From: Candidatus Poribacteria bacterium
GTDB lineage: Bacteria > Poribacteria > WGA-4E > GCA-2687025
Assembly: GCA_963665845.2 (NCBI GenBank)
Contig: OY762492.1
Location: forward strand, 3,680,001 to 3,744,000
Direction: 5' to 3'
DNA length: 64,000 bases
Every line of letters begins with the position of its first letter. Position 1 is the stretch's first letter. Shown here piece after piece: positions 40,624 to 49,977 of this stretch. The notes beneath the pieces are model-generated. The model was not told the DNA's origin, made no database searches, and saw only the letters and a list, made by a program, of their open reading frames with translations. The position numbers were made by a program, and so were the translations under genes.

Positions 40624-41082
40624 ATGCTGCGGGGCATACCGCCGGCCATATCGCCGGCGCTGATGCATATACTCATGTCGATGGGGCATGGGGATGAGAT
40701 TGTGTTTGCGGACGGCAATTTTCCGGCGGCGTCCCATGCGCGGCGTCTGGCGCGGGCGGACGGGGTCGGCGTCACGGATCTGCTGGAGGCGGTCGCGCCC
40801 TTTTTCCCGCTTGATCAATACGACGACGAGCATGCGCTGGTCATGGCGGTTGTGGAAGAGTACGCGCCGGAGCCTCCGATTTGGGACGAATTTCGCGCGG
40901 CGTTGAGCCGTTCGGAAGGGAAGCCCGTGTCGCTGACTCCTGTTGAGCGGTTTGCGTTTTATGAACGCGCCCGACAATGTTTTGCCGTGGTCGCGACGAG
41001 CGAATCTGCGGTGTACGCCAACCTGATACTCAAAAAAGGCGTTGTGTACAGCGGCGCCGAACTCATAGAAAAGGATCGTTGA
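40624..41082 (+). CDS. fucU: RbsD/FucU family sugar mutarotase
   Basis: MLRGIP..MGHGDEIVFADGNFP..ERFAFYERA..YANLILKKGV. Confidence 0.9.
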   Translation: MLRGIPPAISPALMHILMSMGHGDEIVFADGNFPAASHARRLARADGVGVTDLLEAVAPFFPLDQYDDEHALVMAVVEEYAPEPPIWDEFRAALSRSEGKPVSLTPVERFAFYERARQCFAVVATSESAVYANLILKKGVVYSGAELIEKDR

Positions 41083-41351
41083 TGTCTACTCCTCTTGACG
41101 CGACGCGCGATATTTTGATCGCGTATATTGAAAAGTATCCGATGTCCTCCTCCGCCTACTCGGCGAACATGGAAAAGACGATGCGCCAGCTGCGCGAGGA
41201 TGTGATCGACTTTGCGAAGGACATATACCGCACCTTTCAGGAGCTGGAGGAAGGCGCTCCTCCGCCGGAACCGCCGAGGCGGCGGCGCGCCCCTGAGCCG
41301 ACCGATTCGTCCGACCCGTCCGATGAGCCGGATGAGGAACCGCCGCTCTGA
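41082..41351 (+). CDS. Hypothetical protein with Pro/acidic tail
   Basis: TGATG coupling to fucU; helical N-terminus. Confidence 0.6.
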   Translation: MSTPLDATRDILIAYIEKYPMSSSAYSANMEKTMRQLREDVIDFAKDIYRTFQELEEGAPPPEPPRRRRAPEPTDSSDPSDEPDEEPPL

Positions 41352-41427
41352 ATCGACAAATGGACAGAAGGGCGGCGGCGCGCCGAAGCGCACTTCCGCC
41401 CTAAAGGCGTTCATCGGGACGGTAAAG

Positions 41428-41658
41428 ATGTTTCTGCGCCCGGCGATGTTCGGATGGACGCTGCGCGCGTTTGGAACGGCGGCGATGCTGCTGATCCCGC
41501 TTGCCGCCGCCTCCGCATTTTACGAGATCCCCCCGAAGAGCCGCGGCATGCTTCTAGGGGCGTCCGCGGCGCTCTTTGCGGCCGCCTGGGGGCTTCGGCG
41601 TTTAGGGGGGTTTATACGCAGTCGCCGGTCGTCATTCCCGCGTAAGCGGGAATCTTAA
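41428..41658 (+). CDS. Hypothetical two-TM membrane protein whose stop lies in a repeat
   Basis: Two hydrophobic segments; C-terminus SFPRKRES is encoded by the dRS3-like palindrome; start uncertain. Confidence 0.4.
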   Translation: MFLRPAMFGWTLRAFGTAAMLLIPLAAASAFYEIPPKSRGMLLGASAALFAAAWGLRRLGGFIRSRRSSFPRKRES

Positions 41659-41714
41659 AGCGTCGCAGAAAACCCCCCTAGCCCCCCTTTTCAAGGGGGG
41701 AATCGGACGCGGGG

Positions 41715-43634
41715 CTACAGCCGTTCCAGCAGATATTCTAGATTCGCGGTCAACATTCCAGACGCCTCCGTTGTATAAAACCGCTCCGCCTCGCCTTCTC
41801 GATGAACGCTCTCAACAACCGCTTCAAGCGTTTCCCGCGCGGCTTGAACATCCTCTTCCGCCAAGAAAGCGTTCGCCCGCTTGAGAGATTCAACCGCCTT
41901 ATCCGCCGCCAATGGAGCCGCCCATCCGATTTCTTTACACCGGCGGAACAGGCTCTCCACATACTCTAAAAACGCCCCCGCTTCAAACGGCGACGGCTCT
42001 GGAACCGGCCCGACGACGAAACCGACCGCCCCATTCCCCCTTGTTCCTTCTGGAAATTCTACCATCTCATGGAGATGATTTGTCCGCGTCAACGATCCGA
42101 TGACGCGCGCCTTTAAAATGCCGGGCAGCCCCGAACTGCGCAGCTGAAACCCGCCCTGCGTTTCGCCCGGCATAATCAAACGGCCGCGGGAGGATGAGCC
42201 GTACCATCTCGCCCAGTTGGTTGCTGTAATATGGGGTCTGGGGACGGATTGAGTCCATCCAAGCCCCGCCGGGCTGACAAGCGTTGTCGGCGCGTTTCGA
42301 TCCAGCTCCATATCGATGCGCAGGCTGCTGATTGCCTGCAAGCTGGAAACGCCGCTGACGATCTCATAAGAATACGCATACCGAACGGACGGATCTTCTG
42401 ACGGCTCTAACCGATGAACGACCGTTTTGACCGCCGCGTCCAGATTGCATGCCGGCTCATACAGGCGCGACTGAAGGGAGTCGTCATAGTCGAGATGGTA
42501 GATGCGCAGCCATCCAGGCGGAACCTCCTTGACCGCCTCATTCGCCGCCGCCAGCAGCTCCAGATCGATCTTCCCTTGAAACGGCGGGCGCCGGGCTGCA
42601 ATCGGCGCAGGTTGTTTAAGCCTTTCCGCGAGATACTCCATATTTGCCGTCAACAGGCCCTCCGCTTCCGTTGTGAACGGCTGCTCGCGGACAAGCGGAG
42701 CGCCTGTTGAGGAGAGCCTCTGAACCAACTGAACGCCGTCTAAAACCGCCTGTCGAGCCGTTGGCGCGTCGCCGCTTTCTAAAGCGGAACGCGCTTTTTT
42801 CAACGCCCAAAGAACCTCTACGTTCTCCCGATGCGATTCGATCCAACCCGCCGCGCCGCATTTCCAATAAAGACCTTCGATATACTCCATGAACGCGATC
42901 GGGTGGAAATTTGCCGGCTCTGGAACCGGACCGACAACCCAGCCGCAGACGGCGTCCTCGCCAGGCTCATTGGGAACATACGCATTTTTAGGAACTCGGT
43001 TGGGGCGCAACGGCTTGCCCTGCATGAACGCCGGCAAAACGCCCGGCAGACCGACGCTGCGCAGCTCAAAGTTTGCCGTCTTTCCCGGCTCCAGCGGTTC
43101 ATGATCGGTCGTCCAGACCGCCCAGTTTTTGCCGTACCTGTTTTCGACGGGGCGTTGAAAGTTCCACCGCTCATATGCCGGTACCGCTCTATCGAACCTA
43201 ACCGGCGCGCCTTTTTCCAGCCGCATGCGTATCGTGAAGTTCCAGATGGGCTGCAGGCTGTCCTCCGCGCTGCGTATAGTGTACGCATATGCGTATGTGT
43301 AGCGAATCGCCGCATTGCTTGGCTTGTTTAGTTTTGTGACGATCGTTTGCGCCGTCGCGTTCACATTCACCTGCGGCTCATAGAGAAACGATTGAGAGCT
43401 GTCGTCCTCCGCGCTGTAATAGACGCGATAACGGCCGAGAGGCGCGATCAACGGGATGGCGCGCTCGACAGGTTTGTCAGCTAGGTTCGACTCACATGAG
43501 ACGGGCGGCCATAAGTTGAGCGTCCACTCGTCAAAACGGCTTTCAAACGGGATGCGTTTTGCTGAAACGGCGGACGCCGTCAGCGCCGCCAAAACCCATA
43601 CCATTTTTACGCCGTTTGCGCTTCGTCTGTTCAT
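41715..43634 (-). CDS. Secreted hypothetical protein made of two tandem modules of about 280 aa
   Basis: Signal peptide; both halves share DDS.QS.LYEP, F.LRS.GLPG, VVGPVPEP..F...AF.EY.E.L...C...GW and TTEA.G.LTAN.EYL.ERL. Confidence 0.8.
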   Translation of the reverse strand: MNRRSANGVKMVWVLAALTASAVSAKRIPFESRFDEWTLNLWPPVSCESNLADKPVERAIPLIAPLGRYRVYYSAEDDSSQSFLYEPQVNVNATAQTIVTKLNKPSNAAIRYTYAYAYTIRSAEDSLQPIWNFTIRMRLEKGAPVRFDRAVPAYERWNFQRPVENRYGKNWAVWTTDHEPLEPGKTANFELRSVGLPGVLPAFMQGKPLRPNRVPKNAYVPNEPGEDAVCGWVVGPVPEPANFHPIAFMEYIEGLYWKCGAAGWIESHRENVEVLWALKKARSALESGDAPTARQAVLDGVQLVQRLSSTGAPLVREQPFTTEAEGLLTANMEYLAERLKQPAPIAARRPPFQGKIDLELLAAANEAVKEVPPGWLRIYHLDYDDSLQSRLYEPACNLDAAVKTVVHRLEPSEDPSVRYAYSYEIVSGVSSLQAISSLRIDMELDRNAPTTLVSPAGLGWTQSVPRPHITATNWARWYGSSSRGRLIMPGETQGGFQLRSSGLPGILKARVIGSLTRTNHLHEMVEFPEGTRGNGAVGFVVGPVPEPSPFEAGAFLEYVESLFRRCKEIGWAAPLAADKAVESLKRANAFLAEEDVQAARETLEAVVESVHREGEAERFYTTEASGMLTANLEYLLERL

Positions 43635-43815
43635 GGCGCCCCGCCGTTCGCTTGCCGTTGCCGCTCTCTACGGGTTCATCCTAGTAGACCTCCCCCTTTC
43701 ATACAACCCGACTCAACACTTTAGCAGGGCAATGTCAGCAAGAGGCGAAGCGTTGCGAAACGGAATAGAGGGCGCTACAATTTCATCATATAGCCCATGC
43801 GTTAGGGAGGCGAAC

Positions 43816-44550
43816 ATGATTCGCAAGCAGATTTTGATATGGACGCTCGCATTTAGCGCAGCGGCAGCCGCCTCCGCCGTGACGGAAGGTCTCGTTGCTA
43901 ACTGGGATTTCGATGAAGGCGACGGAGACGCGGCGCGCGACATCACCGGCAACGGACATGACGGAGAGCTGGTTGGTAAAGCCGATTGGGTAGAAGGGCG
44001 GTTCAAGGGCGCGCTGGAATTTGACGAACCGCTAGAGTATGTTGCCGTGCCGGACCATCCCGACCTGAACCTGACCGACGCCGCAACCTACATGCTTCAT
44101 TTCAAGCCGATGGACTCGCTGGCAAGCCGACGGCTCATGGTTAAAAACGACTCGGTATTTGTCATCTTCGACTTCGGGAATGCAACCTCCATCGACTTTC
44201 TGGTCAAACCGACCAATTTTTTTGCTGAATCGGAGACGACCGAATGGACAATCGGCAGCTGGTACCATTTCGCAGGTACATTTGACGGCTCCACTCTCCG
44301 CGTCTATGTGGACGGCAAGCTGGACGGCGAAGCCCCTAACAATGAGCCGATTGCGGCCTCCGACAAAGAACTGTGGATCGGAGCTGACGATTTTGGCCGT
44401 CCAACCGATTCCTTTCCAGGCGCCGTTGACGATGCGCGCATTTACAACCGCGCATTGAGCGAACGCGAAATACAGGAGGCGATGAGCGGCCCGTTGAGCG
44501 TTGATCCGCGCGAAAAGATTGCCGTCGTTTGGGCGAATCTGAAACGCTGA
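43816..44550 (+). CDS. Secreted LamG-like jellyroll protein with C-terminal motif
   Basis: GLVANWDFDEG, WYHFAGTFDG..VYVDG, DDARIYNRALS; C-terminus PLSVDPREKIAVVWANLKR; GGAGG upstream. Confidence 0.9.
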   Translation: MIRKQILIWTLAFSAAAAASAVTEGLVANWDFDEGDGDAARDITGNGHDGELVGKADWVEGRFKGALEFDEPLEYVAVPDHPDLNLTDAATYMLHFKPMDSLASRRLMVKNDSVFVIFDFGNATSIDFLVKPTNFFAESETTEWTIGSWYHFAGTFDGSTLRVYVDGKLDGEAPNNEPIAASDKELWIGADDFGRPTDSFPGAVDDARIYNRALSEREIQEAMSGPLSVDPREKIAVVWANLKR

Positions 44551-44560
44551 AGGGCGTCCC

Positions 44561-46120
44561 ATGAAGCAAACAACGCCGAAACATGAGCCGAACAGGAAGC
44601 GAAAGAACGCCCCCTCGCGGTGGGGAGGCAGCGCCGTTCTGTCGTTGGCGCTGCATGCAGTACTCTTTTTTGCCGCTTCGTTTATTTTGATTGACGCGGC
44701 GGCGCCGCCGATTGGTTCTGTTCAGAAGGCGGACGCGGAGCCGCCGCTTCTATATCTTTTTCATGAGCCGCCGCCCGCTCCCGCGCCGCCTTTGAAAACA
44801 GAACAGGCGCCGTCCGTTCCGCCGGCGGTTGAGACGCCGAAGCCGCAGCGGCCGGACGCGGGGAACGGGTCTAGCTTTGAATTTCAGCATGAGCAAGTCG
44901 TAGAACGGAGCGCAGACGAGCTGTACAAAACAAGCGAGATCGCGTCCAAAACGCCTGTACTGAACGAGCCTGCCCATGCGCCGTCGAAGCGTCAGGAGGG
45001 AATGGAGGCGCCTGACTTCAAAGAACGGCAAAACATGGACGCGAGCGAGATCCGGCGGATGGAATGGCCGGCGCAGGAAGGTATGAACGCCGACGGCAGA
45101 ACGGCTGTTGGACGCGCGCCGAGGCTTTACGCGGCGGGGCGGCGCGGCGCCGGCGGAACCTCCTACAGCCCAGGCGCCAACGCGCAGCCCTCCTATATGG
45201 TTGACCCGTACCGCGGCGTCATGAGAAAGTTGGCGGAAGGCATTGTCCAATCAACCGAAGCGGAGAAGTTGGACATTGTCCTCATTGTGGACACGACAGG
45301 AAGCATGGAGGACAATGTGCGCGGCGTCCGCGCCTACGCCGATCAGTTCGCGCGCATTCTTCAACTCAACAAACGGGACGCGCATTTCGGGCTGGTGACC
45401 TTCACCGACGCCTCGCATGACCCGCCGAAGACGATGGGGATGACCGACAACGCGGTGGATCTGCGCAACTGGCTCAACAAGGCGAAATTCACAGGGGGCG
45501 GAGGGCTGGCGGAATCGGGGCTGGAGGCGGTCATGGCGGCGCTGAACGAGTTTCGTTACCGAGACGGCGCCAAAAAACGGTTCATCTTCATCAGCGACGG
45601 ACCCTTCCATGACCGGGATTACAACGGCGCCTCCGACTTGACGATGGACGCGGTCATCGAGACGCTCAAACAGCGGCGCGTCACGCTCGACTCGGTCTCC
45701 ATCGACTTTCTCTTGTCGAAGCAGATTGCATGGGGAACGGGCGGGCAATGGACGCGCATACCAGGGAAGGGGCATCTTGAACAGTTTATTCAGCCGCTGC
45801 CTGTCCAGTCGAACGCGGCTCTCGGCGTTCTGTCGACCAAGGCGGGCAGCGCCTCGGATGAAATCTACATATTTGTTCCTCCTGATCAGGAGATCCAGTG
45901 GTACCAGCTGACATGGCGGCTGCTCAACCCGCGCGGAGAAAAAATACAGGGCGAATTCACCGACCGCCGCAGCGCCGTCGGACAGAGGAAGATCGTCTTT
46001 AAACCTGAATTCGACCCTGAATGGTTCAGCGGCTTGCCCGGCGCCTATACGGCGATCTACCGCGTCACGGACAGCGCCGGGAACAGCAGCGCCCTGCGGC
46101 GCATCATGGACTACCGATAA
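44561..46120 (+). CDS. Membrane-anchored von Willebrand factor A domain protein
   Basis: TonB-like anchor SLALHAVLF, Pro-rich linker, MIDAS DTTGSM, FISDGP. Confidence 0.85.
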   Translation: MKQTTPKHEPNRKRKNAPSRWGGSAVLSLALHAVLFFAASFILIDAAAPPIGSVQKADAEPPLLYLFHEPPPAPAPPLKTEQAPSVPPAVETPKPQRPDAGNGSSFEFQHEQVVERSADELYKTSEIASKTPVLNEPAHAPSKRQEGMEAPDFKERQNMDASEIRRMEWPAQEGMNADGRTAVGRAPRLYAAGRRGAGGTSYSPGANAQPSYMVDPYRGVMRKLAEGIVQSTEAEKLDIVLIVDTTGSMEDNVRGVRAYADQFARILQLNKRDAHFGLVTFTDASHDPPKTMGMTDNAVDLRNWLNKAKFTGGGGLAESGLEAVMAALNEFRYRDGAKKRFIFISDGPFHDRDYNGASDLTMDAVIETLKQRRVTLDSVSIDFLLSKQIAWGTGGQWTRIPGKGHLEQFIQPLPVQSNAALGVLSTKAGSASDEIYIFVPPDQEIQWYQLTWRLLNPRGEKIQGEFTDRRSAVGQRKIVFKPEFDPEWFSGLPGAYTAIYRVTDSAGNSSALRRIMDYR

Positions 46121-47292
46121 TCGACACTCAACGCCCGAAATCAGGCAGAGCGCAGTTCATTGGACTCTCCACCGCGCACGGGGTCATTGACTCCTATGCG
46201 CTGTCCATACCGTATTTGCTGCCGATACTGGTCGACCGCGTCGCTCCGTTCGATCAGCGCGAGCTGTATGCCGGGCTGCTTGTCGCGGCGGCGGGCGCGT
46301 TCAACTCCATTGGACAGGTCGGCTTTGCCTGGATCGCCGACCGCGTCCGCAGCGTCTCGTTTATGTGGACAGGGCTGGCGGGCGCGGCGGTCGGCATCTC
46401 GCTTGTCGGGCTGGCGCCGAACCTGTTGACAATGATCGCGCTGCTGCTGGTTGGAGGCCTTGGGATCGCGGCGTTTCATCCGCCCTCGGCGATGGCGGCA
46501 AATCGGCTGTCCATTGAGGCGAAGGGCGTCGGCATGTCCATCTTTATCTGCGGGGGAAATCTTGGACAGGCGGCGGGTCCGCTCTTGTTGATGATCGCGT
46601 ATGAACGCTGGGCGAACGCCGTCTTTCTGCCGGCGATGATTCCTGGGTTGCTCATGGCGGGCGCGGTAGGCGCGCTGTTTTACCATGACGCGAAAACCGA
46701 GAAAAAGCCGACGCCGGTCAAGGGCGACCCTGTCTTCAACAAACCGCTCATCCTCCTGTGGGCGATTGTGACGCTGCGAACCTTGACGACGATCGGATTT
46801 CTCAACTTTCTGTCGATACATCTGAAAGACGAGGGGATGACCGACGCGGCGCGGTCGTTGATCTTGTCGGGCTATCTGCTGTTCGGCTCGGTCGGGATGC
46901 TGCTTGGCGGCTACGCGTCGGACAAGTTTTCGCGCAACAACGTTCTGATTGCGTCGCTGCTGCTGCCGGCGCCGCTTTTTCTGGGGGCGCTCGCGTTGGA
47001 AGGGCCGCTGTTCTTGACGACGCTTTTTGCCGGCAACTTCCTGCTTCAGTTGACGACGCCTGTCTACATCGTCATTGGACAAGAGACGACAGCGCAGCCG
47101 ACAAATGTCGCCACCAGCATGGTCATGGGAGGGGCATGGGGAGCCGCCGCGGTTTTGAACCTGCCGGCGGGCGCGGTCGCCAATCAGATTGGCATTGTCC
47201 CGATGCTGTCGGGGCTGGCGTTTCTTCCGCTGGCGTGCCTTGGGCTGCTGGCGTTTCTTCCGTCTCGGTTGAGACATCCAGAGTCGGCTTAA
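46117..47292 (+). CDS. MFS transporter (Fsr-like)
   Basis: AHGVIDSY, WIADR, GIAAFHP, GGNLGQAAGP, GGYASDKFSR; multiple TM helices; start codon non-canonical or upstream. Confidence 0.85.
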   Translation: MIDTQRPKSGRAQFIGLSTAHGVIDSYALSIPYLLPILVDRVAPFDQRELYAGLLVAAAGAFNSIGQVGFAWIADRVRSVSFMWTGLAGAAVGISLVGLAPNLLTMIALLLVGGLGIAAFHPPSAMAANRLSIEAKGVGMSIFICGGNLGQAAGPLLLMIAYERWANAVFLPAMIPGLLMAGAVGALFYHDAKTEKKPTPVKGDPVFNKPLILLWAIVTLRTLTTIGFLNFLSIHLKDEGMTDAARSLILSGYLLFGSVGMLLGGYASDKFSRNNVLIASLLLPAPLFLGALALEGPLFLTTLFAGNFLLQLTTPVYIVIGQETTAQPTNVATSMVMGGAWGAAAVLNLPAGAVANQIGIVPMLSGLAFLPLACLGLLAFLPSRLRHPESA

Positions 47293-48284
47293 GGAGCCTC
47301 TTCCTCCGCTGTCTTTTCCTCTGGCTGATATGTCCAAAACAGCAGCTTTCCGTCCGCCGAGGCGCTCGCGAGCGTCTTGCCGTCCGCCGAAAAGTCTGTC
47401 CATTTGACCCAGTCCTCATGCGCCTCCAGCGTCTCTTGCCGCTCTCCCGTTTGGACATCCCATACGATGAGCGTTTGGTCGCTGCTGGCGGTGGCGAGCG
47501 TCTTGCCGTCCGCCGAAAATGCGACCGATTCGACGCGGTCTTCATGCGCTTCCAGCTCCACGTTCTCGCCCGTTTGGACATTCCATAAGAGCGCCGTATC
47601 GTCGCTGCTGCCGGTGGCGAGCGTTTTGCCGTCCGGCGAAAAGACGGCAGCCAGTACCGCTTTTGAATGGCCTTCTAGTACGCGCGTTTGTCCAAGAGAG
47701 AGATCCCGCAGCCGAACGGTGAGGTCCCAACTGCCGGCGGCGAGCGTCTTGCCGTCCGGCGAAAAGGCTGCCGCGAGCGCAAAGCCGCGGTGTTTCAAGA
47801 CCGTTTCCTGATACTGTCCAGTCGCCGCGTCCCAGAGGCGGACGGAGCCGTCCATGCTGCCGGTGGCGAGCGTCTTGCCGTCCGGCGAGTAGGCGACGGC
47901 GCGGACATTCCCGGTATGTCCAATCAGAACGGCGTTCAAGCCGCCCGTTTCAAGATTGATGACGCGCGCCTGCCGGTCGAATCCGCCGAAAGCGGCGCTT
48001 TTTCCGTCTGGAGAGAATGCGGCGCAGTTCGCCCCGCCTGCTCGTCCAAGCGGGAGTTCGGCGTCCCCGCCCGTAGAAAAGAGAAACGAACGGACATCTT
48101 CAGGACCGACGACGAGGATGATCTTCCGGTCTGGAGAGAGCGCTCCGCCCATCAGCCCTTCTTTGTCCAATCCAGAGTCGATCTGTTTGGACGCTGTCCA
48201 ATTCGCCGGCGCCGAGACTACAGCGGCAAGCCATAACCCAACAAACGCCGCCGTCCATGCCCGCCATTGCATCCGATGTTTCAT
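47289..48284 (-). CDS. Secreted WD40-repeat protein
   Basis: Signal peptide; about 7 repeats of AFSPDGKTLATGS.D..V.LW type; ATGA overlap with cca. Confidence 0.9.
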   Translation of the reverse strand: MKHRMQWRAWTAAFVGLWLAAVVSAPANWTASKQIDSGLDKEGLMGGALSPDRKIILVVGPEDVRSFLFSTGGDAELPLGRAGGANCAAFSPDGKSAAFGGFDRQARVINLETGGLNAVLIGHTGNVRAVAYSPDGKTLATGSMDGSVRLWDAATGQYQETVLKHRGFALAAAFSPDGKTLAAGSWDLTVRLRDLSLGQTRVLEGHSKAVLAAVFSPDGKTLATGSSDDTALLWNVQTGENVELEAHEDRVESVAFSADGKTLATASSDQTLIVWDVQTGERQETLEAHEDWVKWTDFSADGKTLASASADGKLLFWTYQPEEKTAEEEAP

Positions 48285-49660
48285 TGATTCAACCTTCCTT
48301 TTGCGCGCAGCCATTCCAAACCTGTATCCAATGTGTCGAACGCTCCGTCCAATTGCGCCTCATACGCCTCTTTTAGCAGATGTCCAATCTTCGGCCCCGG
48401 CTCCATGTCCAATTCCTGCATCGCGTGTCGGCCGAGGAGGATCGGCTTCGGCTGCGAATCGAGCGCGTTCAGTTCCGCGGCGCGTTTTTTGAGCCATGCG
48501 AGTTCCGTTTGCCCTGTTTTGGGGAGGGGCGGGCGTCCGTTCATGTCGGCGGCGCAGACGCGCAGCAGTCGGTCTAAACGACCCGCCCGGCGCGAAAGGC
48601 GGCGGACCGCCGCGTCGCTCACGCCCGGAGCCAACTGCGCGGGAACCATATGCCAGCGCGTCAACGCCGCCGCCTCTTCCGCCAAACCTTTCTGATTGGA
48701 CAGCCTCTGGACAAAACGGCGCGTCAATTCTTCCCCTTGGACATCATGCCCAGGCGAACGCCACCTGCCCCGCTCAAAAACGGTTGAGGCGGGCTTTCCA
48801 AAGTCATGGCACAGGACGCCCAGCCCGACAACCAGATCTTCCCGCTCATGTCCAATGCGCTCTTTGGCGAAGGCGTCCATACAGTGCAGTGTATGCGTCC
48901 AAACATCCCCCTCTGGATGCCATTCAGGGTCTTGCGGGGTGTCGATGAGCGCCTCCAGCTCTGGAAAATAGCGCGTCCAGTCAACCTTGCGCAAAAAGTC
49001 CAGCCCCATGGAGGGCAGATCGCCCAGCAGCAGCAGCTTTTTCCATTCGTCAAAAATCCGCTCCTTCGCTAACCCTTCCATCGTCATGGATCGGCACAGC
49101 TGAACGGTTGACGGGTCGGCGTTCAAGCGGAACCGCGCCGCAAACTGCGCCCCCCGTAGAACGCGCAGCGGATCTTCAGCAAACCGACTGGACACATGGC
49201 GCAGAATGCGGCGGTCAAGGTCGCCGCGCCCTCCGAACGGGTCTAGCGTCTCGCCCGTCAACAGGTCGAACCCCATCGCGTTCATGGTGAAGTCGCGCCG
49301 GCTTGCCGCCTCCTCAAAAGAGAGCGTCGGGTCGGCGGTTGCCGTGAAGCCTTTATGTCCAAGTCCAGACTTGGACTCGCGGCGCGGGACCGACACATCC
49401 AGCGGCAGCCCCCTGATTTTGACGACGCAGAACGCCTCGCCGACCAGATCAACCGAGAAGCGCGTTTTGAGCAGCTGTATGAGACAGCGCGGGTCCACGC
49501 CGAACGCCTCCATGTCGGCGTCTTTAGCGGCGCGCCCCAGATGCGCGTCCCGAACGCACCCGCCCACCAGCAAAGCGCGTCCGCCCGCCTCATGAACCGC
49601 GCGCGCTGTCCATTCCGCCGCCTCCGCGGCTTGGTTGTCCTGCAGCTTCACCCGCTGCAT
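48281..49660 (-). CDS. cca: Class II tRNA nucleotidyltransferase (CCA-adding type) with HD domain
   Basis: LVGGCVRD..DAD, RRDFTMNAM, EDPLRVLR, WHPEGDVWTHT, HDFGKP. Confidence 0.88.
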   Translation of the reverse strand: MQRVKLQDNQAAEAAEWTARAVHEAGGRALLVGGCVRDAHLGRAAKDADMEAFGVDPRCLIQLLKTRFSVDLVGEAFCVVKIRGLPLDVSVPRRESKSGLGHKGFTATADPTLSFEEAASRRDFTMNAMGFDLLTGETLDPFGGRGDLDRRILRHVSSRFAEDPLRVLRGAQFAARFRLNADPSTVQLCRSMTMEGLAKERIFDEWKKLLLLGDLPSMGLDFLRKVDWTRYFPELEALIDTPQDPEWHPEGDVWTHTLHCMDAFAKERIGHEREDLVVGLGVLCHDFGKPASTVFERGRWRSPGHDVQGEELTRRFVQRLSNQKGLAEEAAALTRWHMVPAQLAPGVSDAAVRRLSRRAGRLDRLLRVCAADMNGRPPLPKTGQTELAWLKKRAAELNALDSQPKPILLGRHAMQELDMEPGPKIGHLLKEAYEAQLDGAFDTLDTGLEWLRAKGRLNQ

Positions 49661-49738
49661 CGGCTCCTCCGCTCATTTGGCGCCAACCGCCGTTGATGTT
49701 CTATTATACCGATTGAGGCGCTGATCTTCAACTTCCTT

Positions 49739-49891
49739 CTGACCTTACGTCTTTAGTTGGGGCATCCGCCTGGCGAACGCGGACGGTTTCTGCGGCGCCT
49801 CTAGATTCCCGCCCCTGCGGTAAAACGCGCGGGAATGACGGCATGGATCGGCGGTCAGTCGCGCAAAACGTCATCGCATGAGCGTACTGCC
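49739..49891. repeat. Chimeric repeat: MITE-A arm, palindrome, MITE-B arm
   Basis: Starts CTGACCTTACGTCTTTAGTTGGG and ends TCATCGCATGAGCGTACTGCC. Confidence 0.75.
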
Positions 49892-49977
49892 AACTCAAAG
49901 GAAGCAGTCCAAAAAAATGCAAAATAGCGGTAAAATATCCCATCCCCGATCATCATATCAGGGAAAGGGAGGCGTGT

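Noticed and set aside
46141-47403. Long antisense ORFs (for example 420 aa here, 374 aa at 9829-10953, 370 aa at 60924-62036)
   Set aside because: Shadow frames of well-supported genes in high-GC DNA with no recognisable motifs.
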